Positions 1 through 8,974 of a stretch of DNA of 64,000 nt are shown here, one piece after another. The notes under the pieces were generated by a model. The model saw nothing but the letters and a program-made list of their open reading frames with translations, was not told the origin of the DNA and made no database searches. The position numbers and the translations under genes are program-made. The stretch spans positions 81,298 through 145,297 of the forward strand of contig DASYTG010000039.1 in NCBI GenBank assembly GCA_036002525.1. Reading direction: 5' to 3'. How positions within the stretch are numbered: the first letter of the stretch is position 1; each line of letters starts with the position of its first letter. The DNA is from Candidatus Limnocylindrales bacterium (GTDB lineage Bacteria > Chloroflexota > Limnocylindria > Limnocylindrales > CSP1-4).

Positions 1-87
1 GACCACGTCCAGCAACAGGTCGCCGAGGACGACGATGCGGGGCACGAATCGGCGCGGGCGGCGGGCCGGCACCGCGAGGCGGGCCAT
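1..87 (-). CDS. PfkB-family carbohydrate kinase, N-terminal fragment (gene runs off the window start)
   Basis: Reverse-strand ATG at 87 gives [29 protein letters not shown]. The [10 protein letters not shown] stretch resembles the N-terminal motif of PfkB sugar kinases. Only 29 codons are visible. Confidence 0.4.
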   Translation of the reverse strand, partial: MARLAVPARRPRRFVPRIVVLGDLLLDVV

Positions 88-196
88 CCGGCGAGGATAC
101 CCATCTGCAACGTCGATGGCCGCCGCGGCAGGGGAGGGACGATCTCGCGCCCGCCGTACAATGCGGTCCCGTCGCCCGAACGGAGTCCCGTCGACC

Positions 197-2365
197 ATGA
201 CTATCGCCGCGAAGTCGCTCGACCGCCTCGCCATCGATACGATCCGGACCCTGTCGATCGACGGCGTGCAGAAGGCGAACTCCGGGCATCCCGGCGCGCC
301 GATGGGCGCCGCGCCGATGGCCTACGTCCTGTGGACGCGGTTCCTCCGCCACTCCCCCCGAAACCCGGACTGGCCGGACCGCGACCGCTTCGTGCTCTCC
401 GCCGGCCACGCGTCGATGCTCCTCTACTCGCTCCTTCACCTGACCGGATACGACGTCACGCTCGACGACCTCAAGGCGTTTCGGCAGTGGGGCTCGAAGA
501 CTCCGGGCCATCCGGAATGGCGACTGACACCGGGCGTCGAGGCGTCGACCGGGCCGCTCGGCCAGGGATTCGCGAACGCGGTCGGGATGGCGATCGCGGA
601 GCAACGGCTGGGGTCCGAGTTCAACCGGCCCGGTCACACGGTGGTCGACAACTGGACGTACGGCATCTGCTCCGACGGCGACCTCCAGGAGGGCGTCGCC
701 TCGGAAGCGGCGTCGCTCGCCGGCCACCTCCGTCTCGGCAAGCTCCTGTTCCTCTACGACGACAACCACATCCAGCTCGACGGCCCGACCGCATGGGCGT
801 GGAGCGAGAACGTTCCGCTCCGCTTCGAGGCGTACGGCTGGCACGCCCAGCGGGTCGACGACGGCAACGACATCGACGCAATCGAGCGGGCCATCGAGGC
901 CGCCCGGGCCGATCCGCGACCGAGCCTCATCGCGGTCCGCACCCACATCGGCTACGGCAGCCCGAACCGCCAGGATTCTCAGAAGGCCCACGGCCAGCCG
1001 CTCGGCGAGGACGAGGTCCGGCTCACGAAGGAGGCCTACGGCTGGGATCCGGACAGGACGTTCTATGTCCCGGACGAGGCGCGCGAAGTCTTCGCGGCGG
1101 CAGTCGATCGCGGCAAGGACCTCGTGGCCGAATGGGAGGCCCGCGTCGACCGGTACGCGAAGGACCATCCGGACCTCGCCGCGGAGCTCCGGCGTCGGCT
1201 CGGGGGCCGGCTGCGCAAAGGCTGGGACAAGGGCCTCAAGACGTACCCGGCCGGCGAGCAGCTTGCGACCCGGAACGCGAGCCAGGACGCGATCCAGGCG
1301 CTCGCCGAACCGGTCCCGGAGCTGTTCGGCGGCTCCGCCGACCTGTCCGAATCGAACCTCACCGACGTCAAGGCCGACGGCCACGACCACTTCGCCCCGG
1401 ACCATCCGGGCCGCAACCTGCGCTTCGGCGTCCGCGAGCATGGGATGGGCGCGATCGCGAACGGGATCGCCTATCACGCCGGGTTCATCCCGTACGCGGC
1501 CACGTTCCTGACGTTCAGCGACTACATGCGCGGCGCCGTCCGGCTCGCCTCGCTGAGCGGCTGTCACGTGATCTACGTCTGGACCCACGATTCGGTGGGG
1601 CTGGGCGAGGACGGTCCCACCCATCAGCCGGTCGAGCACTACGCGGCCCTCCGGGCGATCCCGAACCTGTGGTTCGTCCGGCCCGGCGATCCGAACGAGG
1701 CGATGGCGGCCTGGGCGGTCGCGGTCGAGCGGCACGAGGCGAGCCCATCGGGGCCGGTCGGCCTCTCGCTGACTCGCCAGAAGCTGCCGGTCCTCGAGGG
1801 AACCGCGGAGAAGGCCCGCGAGGGCGTTCGCCGGGGCGGCTATGTCCTGCGCGACGCGGGGAAGGGCAAGCCGGAGATCATCCTCATCGGCACGGGGTCG
1901 GAGCTCCAGCTCGCGGTCGCCGCCGCCGAAGCGCTCGTCGCCGACGGCATCGCCGCCCGCGTCGTGAGCCTGCCCTGCTGGGAGCTGTTCGAGCAGCAGG
2001 ATGCGGCGTACCGCGACAGCGTCCTCCCACCCGCGATCCGCAAGCGGGTGAGCGTCGAGGCCGGTGTCTCGCTCGGCTGGGAGCGATGGGTCGGCGACGA
2101 CGGCGCGATCGTCGGCCTCGACCACTTCGGCGCGTCGGCGCCGGCGGGCACGATCTTCGAGCGGTTCGGGTTCACGAAGGACCGGGTCGCCGACGTGGCG
2201 CGGCGGGTGCTCCGCGAGAACCTCCGCGGCCCGATCCCGACGCTCGAGCCGGGGCACCTGCCGGCCGCCGGCCCGTCGCACCGCAAGGACGGCCGGCCAG
2301 AGACCTCGACCAGCGCCGATCCCGGCGTCGACCGGACGTCCGACTCCGACCCCGGCCACAGCTGA
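197..2365 (+). CDS. tkt: transketolase
   Basis: From ATG 197: [37 protein letters not shown], later CSDGDLQEG and [16 protein letters not shown] (ThDP-binding transketolase motifs). The 54 Arg-rich codons upstream in ORF 35-2365 are judged non-coding. A ~50-aa low-complexity C-terminal tail is present. Confidence 0.95.
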   Translation: MTIAAKSLDRLAIDTIRTLSIDGVQKANSGHPGAPMGAAPMAYVLWTRFLRHSPRNPDWPDRDRFVLSAGHASMLLYSLLHLTGYDVTLDDLKAFRQWGSKTPGHPEWRLTPGVEASTGPLGQGFANAVGMAIAEQRLGSEFNRPGHTVVDNWTYGICSDGDLQEGVASEAASLAGHLRLGKLLFLYDDNHIQLDGPTAWAWSENVPLRFEAYGWHAQRVDDGNDIDAIERAIEAARADPRPSLIAVRTHIGYGSPNRQDSQKAHGQPLGEDEVRLTKEAYGWDPDRTFYVPDEAREVFAAAVDRGKDLVAEWEARVDRYAKDHPDLAAELRRRLGGRLRKGWDKGLKTYPAGEQLATRNASQDAIQALAEPVPELFGGSADLSESNLTDVKADGHDHFAPDHPGRNLRFGVREHGMGAIANGIAYHAGFIPYAATFLTFSDYMRGAVRLASLSGCHVIYVWTHDSVGLGEDGPTHQPVEHYAALRAIPNLWFVRPGDPNEAMAAWAVAVERHEASPSGPVGLSLTRQKLPVLEGTAEKAREGVRRGGYVLRDAGKGKPEIILIGTGSELQLAVAAAEALVADGIAARVVSLPCWELFEQQDAAYRDSVLPPAIRKRVSVEAGVSLGWERWVGDDGAIVGLDHFGASAPAGTIFERFGFTKDRVADVARRVLRENLRGPIPTLEPGHLPAAGPSHRKDGRPETSTSADPGVDRTSDSDPGHS

Positions 2366-2381
2366 GCCGACGGGGCGCGAC

Positions 2382-2843
2382 ATGCGGGTTGCGTTCGCGG
2401 CCGACCATGCAGGGGCGACCCTGAAGGCGGAGCTGATCCGCCGCCTCGGCGACGCCGGCCTGGGGCACGATCTGGCCGATCTCGGTGGCGACGGCTCGGA
2501 TCCGTCGGACGATTACCCGGACTTCGCGCTGCGCCTCGGCCTGGCGGTTCGCGAAGGCGAGGCGGACCGGGGCATCCTCATCTGCGGGTCCGGCGTCGGC
2601 GCGTCGATCGCGGCGTGCAAGATCCGCGGCGTCCGCGCGGCCGTGTGCCACGACACGTACTCTGCCCACCAGGGCGTCGAGCACGACGACATGAACGTCC
2701 TCGTCCTCGGCTCGCGCGTCGTCGGTCCGGAGGTCGCCCTCGAAGCCTGCCTGGCGTTCATTCGGGCGACGTTCAGCGGCGAAGCGCGCCATCGACGACG
2801 GCTCGACAAGGTCCTCACGATCGAAGCCCAGGAGGTCGGCTGA
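2382..2843 (+). CDS. rpiB: ribose-5-phosphate isomerase B
   Basis: [15 protein letters not shown]...[47 protein letters not shown] is the RpiB/LacAB signature. ATG 2382 lies in frame inside ORF 2064-2843, 16 nt after the tkt stop. Confidence 0.9.
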   Translation: MRVAFAADHAGATLKAELIRRLGDAGLGHDLADLGGDGSDPSDDYPDFALRLGLAVREGEADRGILICGSGVGASIAACKIRGVRAAVCHDTYSAHQGVEHDDMNVLVLGSRVVGPEVALEACLAFIRATFSGEARHRRRLDKVLTIEAQEVG

Positions 2844-3055
2844 GTAACCCGCTGACTCGCGGTTCGTCGGCTACTCGGAGTGGCCCTCCCGCCATGGCCG
2901 TGCACTCGCCGGCGCTGAAGTCCGCCGCACACCCCCGCTGGCACGCTTCGTCACTCCAAGGTCGCTACTGCGAGTAGCGCCGGCCAATGGCGCCGGCCAA
3001 ACAGCAGGCCAGTCCGCGCAAGCGCCGGTAGAGGGGTGACTGGTTCAATCTCGAG

Positions 3056-4049
3056 GTGAGAACCCGGTCGCTCCTCGCCCAGACGCTGAGGATCACCGTC
3101 GCTCAATCGGTCAAGGCCGGGCGACAGGCCTTCGGCCGGACTCAACGGGAGCTCGGCCGCCGTGCGCGGGAGGCAGATGGTCGGGCGGGTCGAACGCGCG
3201 TCCGCGCCATCGTTGGAGGTCTCGTCCCGCCTGTTCGGCGCGCTGGGAGTAGAAGCGGAGCTCGTCGTCAGAGTGCCGTTCCTCATGGATCGGCATCGTC
3301 AGCGGGATCCGGCCCATGCGCGCTGTGCCGCGTACGTGCAGAGGCGGCTTGAGAAGGCGGGGTGGAACGCTCGTCGGGAAGTCGAGGTGGTCCACGGTCG
3401 GTCCCACGGCTGGATCGACAGCCTCGCCTTCGAGCCACGCTCAGCGACTCTCTTGGTCATCGAGATCAAGACCCAGCTGGAGGATCTCGGCCAGACCGAG
3501 CGGACGCTTGGGTGGTACGAGCGCGAGGCGCTGGCGGCCGCGCGTCGCTTGGGCTGGCAGGCGCGTCGTGTCAATGGCTGGCTGCTCCTGCTGGCCACCG
3601 ACGCGGTCGACAGTCGAATCGCCCAGAACCGGGATGCGCTCAATGCCGCCTTTCCGAGCCGGGCTCCGGGCGTGATGGGGTGGCTACGTGGTTCGGAGCT
3701 CGGTGCCCTGGACGGCCGAGCGCTGGCGATGATCGACCCTCGCAACCGGCGCCGCGCGTGGCTGATCCGAACTCGAGTCGACGGGCGGCGCTCACCAGCA
3801 CCGTACCGGCACTACGCCGACTTCATGGCCTCGTTGCGACGCGCGTCCTGGCGCCGGCGGGCTACTGCCAGTGGCGATTCGGCGACGACGTCAGGCGTCG
3901 GGGCCATGCAGCCGTGCCGTCGGACGGCGGGCAGGCGGACTCATCATCGATCCGCCACTCCCAGTGGCCGGGGTTGCACTGGCGGCCGCGCGTCGTGCGG
4001 TCGAAGCTCGAACGATAGGCTCCGGGCCAACAGTCGAGGACCCGCGTGA
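3056..4049 (+). pseudogene. XRE-type HTH fused to a NucS/PD-(D/E)xK-like nuclease domain, apparently frameshifted near 3160-3170; 3' end uncertain
   Basis: The frame of ORF 3056 reads ...GRTQRELGRRA. The frame of ORF 3162 continues GRQMVGRVERASAPSLEVSSRLFGALGVEAEL. Together these make one canonical XRE helix-turn-helix split across two frames. Downstream, GWIDSLAFEPRSATLLVIEIKTQLEDLGQTERTLGWY is a D...ExK nuclease core. The last ~70 codons have poor codon bias. Confidence 0.5.
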
Positions 4050-4091
4050 CTGCGGCGCGCTACTGTTCAGCGACTACCATTCGGAGACACC

Positions 4092-5921
4092 ATGCCGGAC
4101 CCTGCATCCCCCGCGGTGGAGCTCCCCGACTTCGCGCTCGGCGAAGCCGCGGCCGCCTACGACGAGGCCGTTGCGCGGGCCCGCGACGAACACTGGGCGG
4201 AGCGCCTGTTCGATCGCGACCCGAGCCTCTGGTCGTCGGACTCGCGCGTCCAGGCGGCGATCGCCGACCGACTCGGCTGGCTCGACGCCCCGGAACACTT
4301 CAGCGCCCACATTCCCGATCTCGAGGGATTTGCGCAGGGCGCCGTGGCCGCCGGCTTCCGGACGGCGGTCGTCATGGGGATGGGTGGGAGCAGCCTCGCG
4401 CCCGAGGTCCTCGTCCGGACCTTCGGCGTGAAGGATGGCGCCGTCAAGCTCGAGATCCTCGACTCGACCGATCCCGACGCGGTCAACCGCCTGCTTGATG
4501 CGCTCGATCCGCTCTCGACGCTGTGGATCGTCGCCTCGAAGTCCGGGACGACGACCGAGCCGCTCGCGTTCCAGGCGGCGGCCTGGGCGCGAACCGAGGA
4601 GGCCCTCGAGGCACACGACTCCGAGCAGTCGCCGGGCGACCTGATGATCGCGATCACCGACCCCCGCAAGAGCGTCGGGTCGATCCCCCATCACGACGAG
4701 CTCCGGGAAACGTTCCTCAACCCGCCGGACGTCGGCGGACGGTACTCGGCGCTGACGTACGTCGGGCTCGTGCCCGCCGCGCTCATCGGCCTCGACCTGG
4801 ATCCGCTCCTCGCGAACGCCACGGCGATGCTCCATCGGTCGCGCGACCCGGAGCCGACGCGCAACCCCGGGGTCAGCCTCGGCCTCGCGCTGGGCGTCCT
4901 CGCCAGGGCCGGCCGCGACAAGCTGACATTCTTGCCGGACCCGGAGATCTCGAGTTTCGGCTCGTGGGCCGAGCAGCTCATCGCCGAGAGCACCGGCAAG
5001 CATGGAGTCGGGATCGTCCCGGTCGACCTCGAGCCGCTCGGCGCGCCTCGTGTCTACGGCCCCGATCGGGCGTTCGTCCGCCTCCCGATCGCCGGCTCGG
5101 CCGGCCTCGAGGGCGCCGACGCCCTCGTCGATGCGGCGCAGGCGGCCGGCCACCCGGTCATCCGGATCGGGCTCGCCGACACGATCGACATCGGCGGCGA
5201 GTTCGTCCGCTGGGAGGTCGCGACAGCGATCGCCGGCGCGGTCCTCGGGATCGATCCGTTCGACCAGCCGAACGTCGAGGAAGCGAAGGAGCTGACGCGA
5301 AGGGTCCTCGCGACCCACACCGCCGTCGACCGGCCGGACCCCGATCACCCCGGCGGATGGGGAATGGCGAGCGACGTGGAAGTGCCGGAGCCGGAGGTCG
5401 TGCCGATCCTCGCCGAGGGCGACGGAATCGTCCTCATCGGCGACGCGCCGCTCCGCCTCACGAGCGGCGACGGGACGCTCGTCGAGGAGCTGCGCCGGCA
5501 CCTCGCCCGGCGGAAGGCGAACGCCTACCTCGCGATCCAGGCGTTCATCGCTCCGAACGGCGAGCGCGACGATGCGATCGCCCGGATCCGCGCCCTCCTT
5601 CGCGACCGGACCGGCCGCGCAACGACGGCCGGTTACGGACCGCGGTTCCTCCACTCCACCGGCCAGCTCCACAAGGGCGGGCCGCCGACCGGCTGGTTCC
5701 TCCAGCTGACGGAGGACCATGCCCGCGACCGCGAGATTCCCGGCTGGCCGTACACGTTCGGGCAGCTCATCGAGGCCCAGGCGGAAGGAGACTTCGCGGC
5801 GATCGAATCCCACGACCTGCCGATCCTGCGCGTCCATCTCGGGGCCGACCCGGAGGCCGGCCTCGCGGCCCTCGAGCGGGCGCTCGCCGCGGCCCTCGTC
5901 GAGCGCACCACGGAGGACTGA
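4092..5921 (+). CDS. pgi: glucose-6-phosphate isomerase
   Basis: Long PGI-type protein with VVMGMGGSSLAPEVL and VASKSGTTTEPLAF (SIS/PGI motifs). ATG at 4092. Confidence 0.9.
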   Translation: MPDPASPAVELPDFALGEAAAAYDEAVARARDEHWAERLFDRDPSLWSSDSRVQAAIADRLGWLDAPEHFSAHIPDLEGFAQGAVAAGFRTAVVMGMGGSSLAPEVLVRTFGVKDGAVKLEILDSTDPDAVNRLLDALDPLSTLWIVASKSGTTTEPLAFQAAAWARTEEALEAHDSEQSPGDLMIAITDPRKSVGSIPHHDELRETFLNPPDVGGRYSALTYVGLVPAALIGLDLDPLLANATAMLHRSRDPEPTRNPGVSLGLALGVLARAGRDKLTFLPDPEISSFGSWAEQLIAESTGKHGVGIVPVDLEPLGAPRVYGPDRAFVRLPIAGSAGLEGADALVDAAQAAGHPVIRIGLADTIDIGGEFVRWEVATAIAGAVLGIDPFDQPNVEEAKELTRRVLATHTAVDRPDPDHPGGWGMASDVEVPEPEVVPILAEGDGIVLIGDAPLRLTSGDGTLVEELRRHLARRKANAYLAIQAFIAPNGERDDAIARIRALLRDRTGRATTAGYGPRFLHSTGQLHKGGPPTGWFLQLTEDHARDREIPGWPYTFGQLIEAQAEGDFAAIESHDLPILRVHLGADPEAGLAALERALAAALVERTTED

Positions 5922-5926
5922 GCGCC

Positions 5927-6823
5927 ATGCGCATCGGATTCATCGGCCTGGGTCGGATGGGCGCGAACATGGTCCGCCGCTTGCTCCGCAACGGCCACGA
6001 GGTCGTCGCCTACAACCGGACGGCGGAGAAGACGAAGGAGATCGCCGGAGAGGGCGCCGAGGCCGCGTTCACGATCGAGGAGCTCGTGGCCAAGCTCGAG
6101 AAGCCACGGGCCGTCTGGATCATGGTCCCCGCCGGCGACGCGACGGAGGCCCAGATCGACGAGCTGCTCGAGCATCTCGAGAAGGGCGACACGATCATCG
6201 ACGGCGGCAACACGAACTTTCACGACGATCAACGACGCCACCCCGAGCTGAAGAAGAAGGGCATCGACTACGTCGACGCCGGCGTGTCGGGCGGCATCTG
6301 GGGGCTCGCCAACGGCTTCTGCCTGATGGTCGGCGGCGATCCGGAGCCGGTGAAGCGCCTCGAGCCCGCGTTCAAGGATCTCGCGCCGCTCGGCGGCTAT
6401 CTCCACACCGGCGGCCCGGGCTCGGGTCACTACGTGAAGATGGTGCACAACGGAATCGAGTACGGAATGATGCAGGCCTACGCCGAGGGCTTCGAGATCA
6501 TGCACGCGAGCGACTATCCGCTCGACCTGCAGTCGATCGCGAAGCTTTGGAACCACGGGTCGGTCGTCCGGTCGTGGCTCCTCGAGCTGCTCGAGCCGGC
6601 GTTCGCCGGCGACCAGAACCTCAGCCGGATCAAGGGCTGGGTCGCCGACTCCGGCGAAGGCCGCTGGACGATCCAGGAGGCGATCGACAAGGACGTGCCG
6701 GCGCCGATCATCACCCTCTCCCTGCTGATGCGCTTCCGGTCCCGCCAGGACGACTCGTACGGCGCGAAGGTCCTGGCCGCACTCCGAAATGAGTTCGGTG
6801 GTCATGCGGTGAAAACCGAGTGA
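5927..6823 (+). CDS. gnd: 6-phosphogluconate dehydrogenase, decarboxylating (short ~300-aa form)
   Basis: MRIGFIGLGRMGANMVRRLL (Rossmann fold), DGGNTNFHDD, GVSGGIWG, GHYVKMVHNGIEYGMMQAYAEG. ATG 5927 lies in frame in ORF 4523-6823, 5 nt after the pgi stop. Confidence 0.9.
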   Translation: MRIGFIGLGRMGANMVRRLLRNGHEVVAYNRTAEKTKEIAGEGAEAAFTIEELVAKLEKPRAVWIMVPAGDATEAQIDELLEHLEKGDTIIDGGNTNFHDDQRRHPELKKKGIDYVDAGVSGGIWGLANGFCLMVGGDPEPVKRLEPAFKDLAPLGGYLHTGGPGSGHYVKMVHNGIEYGMMQAYAEGFEIMHASDYPLDLQSIAKLWNHGSVVRSWLLELLEPAFAGDQNLSRIKGWVADSGEGRWTIQEAIDKDVPAPIITLSLLMRFRSRQDDSYGAKVLAALRNEFGGHAVKTE

Positions 6824-6862
6824 TCGGGGCAACCTCAACGCGGCGCCGATCGCTCGCCCACC

Positions 6863-7013
6863 GAGGTCGCAGGCCGAGCTCCGTCGAGGCCATACGCCAG
6901 AGGTCTCCAAGGCGGAGCCCCGCGACGCCATTGGCCCGAGGTCTCGGAGGCGACGCACCCGCGAGCCATCCGCACGAGGTTTCTGAGTAGTGGCCCGCAA
7001 AGCGCCCTCCCGT
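6863..7013. repeat. four degenerate ~38-bp direct repeats, each opening with GAGGT(C/T)
   Basis: Units start at 6863, 6900, 6938 and 6976 (period 37-38 bp). Example units: GAGGTCTCCAAGGCGGAGCCCCGCGACGCCATTGGCCC and GAGGTCTCGGAGGCGACGCACCCGCGAGCCATCCGCAC. The array lies in the gnd-zwf spacer, and the period is not a multiple of 3. Confidence 0.7.
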
Positions 7014-7112
7014 CCCGCAAAATCGGCCCCGGGCCGAAGGAAGGCGTCGCCAGAGTCCGCTCCCGACGCCGTCCCCCATCCAGCGCCCCGACCTCGCGAG
7101 GCGCCGCGGACG

Positions 7113-8693
7113 ATGCGCGACCTGCGGCTCTTTCGGGAGGGCCGCAAGCGGGCTGCGCCACGCGTCGTCGAAAACCCGCTGCGCGAGGGCCTCCGCCTCG
7201 AGCGACTGCCGGACCCGTGCATCCTCGCGCTGTTCGGCGCGACCGGGGACCTCGCCCACAGGAAGGTCATCCCGGCCCTCTACCAGCTGTGGCGGACGAA
7301 CCTCCTGCCGCACGAGTTCCAGCTCCTCGGGATCGCCCGGCGTCCGTATGACGACCGCACGTTCCGGGCCGAGGTCCTCGCCTCGATCGAGGAGCACGCG
7401 CGAATCCAGCCGATCGACGACGAGGCGTGGCGGTCGTTCGCGGAGCGGATCTCGTACCAGCGCTGCGACTTCGACCAACCGCGCGGTTTTGAGGTCCTCG
7501 CGACGCGCCTCGACGAGATGGACGAGGAGCACGGCACACACGGGAACCGGCTCTACTACCTCGCGACGCAGCCGTCGGCGTTCTCCGAGATCGTCGCCCA
7601 GCTGGGACGGGTGGGCCTCGATCACGAGGTCCACGGCGGCGGCTGGCGGCGGGTCGTCATCGAGAAGCCGTTCGGACACGATCTCGAATCCGCTCACCGG
7701 CTGAACCGCGACGTCGCCCGGGTGTTCCGCGAGTCGCAGGTCTACCGGATCGATCACTACCTCGGCAAGGAGACCGTTCGGAATCTCCTGGTCTTCCGGT
7801 TCGGGAACGGGATCTTCGAGCCGATCTGGAACCGCCGCCACATCGACCACGTGCAGATCACGGTCGCCGAGTCCCTCGGCGTCGAGGGACGGGGCTCGTT
7901 CTACGAGGAGACCGGCGCCGCTCGGGACGTCCTCCAGAATCACCTCCTCCAGCTGATGAGCCTCGTCGCGATGGAACCGCCCACGACGTTCGAGGCAGAG
8001 CCGCTGCGCGACGAGAAAGTCAAGGTCCTCCGGGCGATCGCCGAGAAATCGCGCGACGAGATCGAGCGCCACGTCGTCCGCGGCCAGTACGGCCCGGGCT
8101 GGGTGAATGCGATGCCCGTGCCCGGCTACCGCGAGGAGCCGGAGGTCGATCCGCAGTCGGAGACCGAGACGTTCGTCGCCGTCAAGCTCTACGTCGACGA
8201 CTGGCGCTGGTCGGACGTCCCGTTCTATCTCCGGACGGGCAAGCGGCTGCCGAAGCGGGCGACGGAGATCGCCATCCAGTTCAAGGAGGTCCCCCACAAG
8301 CTCTTCCGGGAATCGGCGACGGAACCTGAAGCGAACCTGCTCGCGATCCGGATCCAGCCGGACGAAGGGATCATGCTCCGGTTCGCAGCGAAGATCCCCG
8401 GGCTCGGGATCGACGTTCGGTCGGTGACGATGGACTTCACGTACGGATCGGCGTTCGCGGTCGATTCGCCCGACGCATACGAGACGCTCATCCTCGATGC
8501 CCTGCTCGGTGACGCATCGCTGTTCACCCGGGCCGACGAGGTGGAGCAGGCCTGGGCGATCGTCGACCCGATGCTCGACGCCTGGGCGGACGGCCCGCCG
8601 CCTGACTTCCCGAACTACGAAGCCGGAGCATGGGGGCCCCCCGAGGCCGACGAACTGCTTGCCCGCGACGGCCGCCGATGGAGGCGGATATGA
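7113..8693 (+). CDS. zwf: glucose-6-phosphate 1-dehydrogenase
   Basis: ALFGATGDLAHRKVIPALY, RIDHYLGKETVRNLL, EKPFGHDL are G6PD motifs. ATG 7113 (MRDLRL...) is preferred. ORF 6990-8693 allows a 41-codon Pro/Arg-rich extension from GTG 6990. Confidence 0.92.
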   Translation: MRDLRLFREGRKRAAPRVVENPLREGLRLERLPDPCILALFGATGDLAHRKVIPALYQLWRTNLLPHEFQLLGIARRPYDDRTFRAEVLASIEEHARIQPIDDEAWRSFAERISYQRCDFDQPRGFEVLATRLDEMDEEHGTHGNRLYYLATQPSAFSEIVAQLGRVGLDHEVHGGGWRRVVIEKPFGHDLESAHRLNRDVARVFRESQVYRIDHYLGKETVRNLLVFRFGNGIFEPIWNRRHIDHVQITVAESLGVEGRGSFYEETGAARDVLQNHLLQLMSLVAMEPPTTFEAEPLRDEKVKVLRAIAEKSRDEIERHVVRGQYGPGWVNAMPVPGYREEPEVDPQSETETFVAVKLYVDDWRWSDVPFYLRTGKRLPKRATEIAIQFKEVPHKLFRESATEPEANLLAIRIQPDEGIMLRFAAKIPGLGIDVRSVTMDFTYGSAFAVDSPDAYETLILDALLGDASLFTRADEVEQAWAIVDPMLDAWADGPPPDFPNYEAGAWGPPEADELLARDGRRWRRI

Positions 8694-8974
8694 GCGGCCT
8701 CCTACTGTTGGCCGCCCTGTTGGCCGCCCCACGGCCCAACCGACCGGCAAGGGCCGATGCCGAGAGCCGCCGGCCCGGCTCGTTCGCCGGTTCGGCCGCC
8801 CCACGGCCCAACCGACCGGCGCGGGCCGATGCCGAGAGCCGCCGGCCCGGCTCGTTCGCCGGTTCGGCCGTCCCACGGCCCAAACCTCTGGCCGATGGCC
8901 TCGCGGAGCTCCGCCTCGGACATCGGTGGGCCGGTGACGACATGCCGCTGAGGGTGCCGGATCAACATGGTTGA
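8690..8974 (+). CDS. candidate small protein: hydrophobic N-terminus followed by 24-aa tandem repeats (hypothetical)
   Basis: ATG 8690 overlaps the zwf stop (ATGA), and the stop at 8972-8974 overlaps the opcA ATG at 8967. Product: MSGLLLLAALLAAPRPNRPARADAESRRPGSFAGSAAPRPNRPARADAESRRPGSFAGSAVPRP... It is part of ORF 8630-8974. By eye, codon bias does not separate the three frames, so it may instead be a non-coding repeat spacer. Confidence 0.3.
   Translation: MSGLLLLAALLAAPRPNRPARADAESRRPGSFAGSAAPRPNRPARADAESRRPGSFAGSAVPRPKPLADGLAELRLGHRWAGDDMPLRVPDQHG
8721..8884. repeat. 72-bp tandem repeat, 2.3 copies
   Basis: Copies at 8721-8792 and 8793-8864 differ only at AA/GC (8749-8750 vs 8821-8822). 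A partial third copy spans 8865-8884. Each unit contains the hairpin GAGCCG-CCGGCC-CGGCTC. Confidence 0.9.

Noticed and set aside
157-162. TACAAT as the tkt -10 promoter element
   Set aside because: It lies 35 nt upstream of the ATG, but no plausible -35 is visible. Evidence is too weak to list as a feature.
35-196. 54-codon N-terminal extension of transketolase
   Set aside because: It is Arg-rich junk-like sequence. Homologous transketolases start near MTIAAK-type sequences, and ATG 197 fits.
2213-2365. ~50-aa low-complexity C-terminal tail of transketolase as a separate feature or a fused domain
   Set aside because: No motif or repeat is recognisable. It is probably a disordered tail or late stop, which is common in GC-rich genomes, so it is not reported as a finding.
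6990-7112. 41-codon N-terminal extension of zwf from GTG 6990
   Set aside because: It has a Pro/Arg/Ala low-complexity composition and overlaps the 38-bp repeat array. ATG 7113 gives a normal-length N-terminus before the GATGDL motif. It is not fully excluded.
8721-8884. Possible CRISPR array
   Set aside because: The repeats are directly contiguous with no spacers, there are only 2.3 copies, and the 72-bp units are far longer than CRISPR repeats. No cas genes are in the window.
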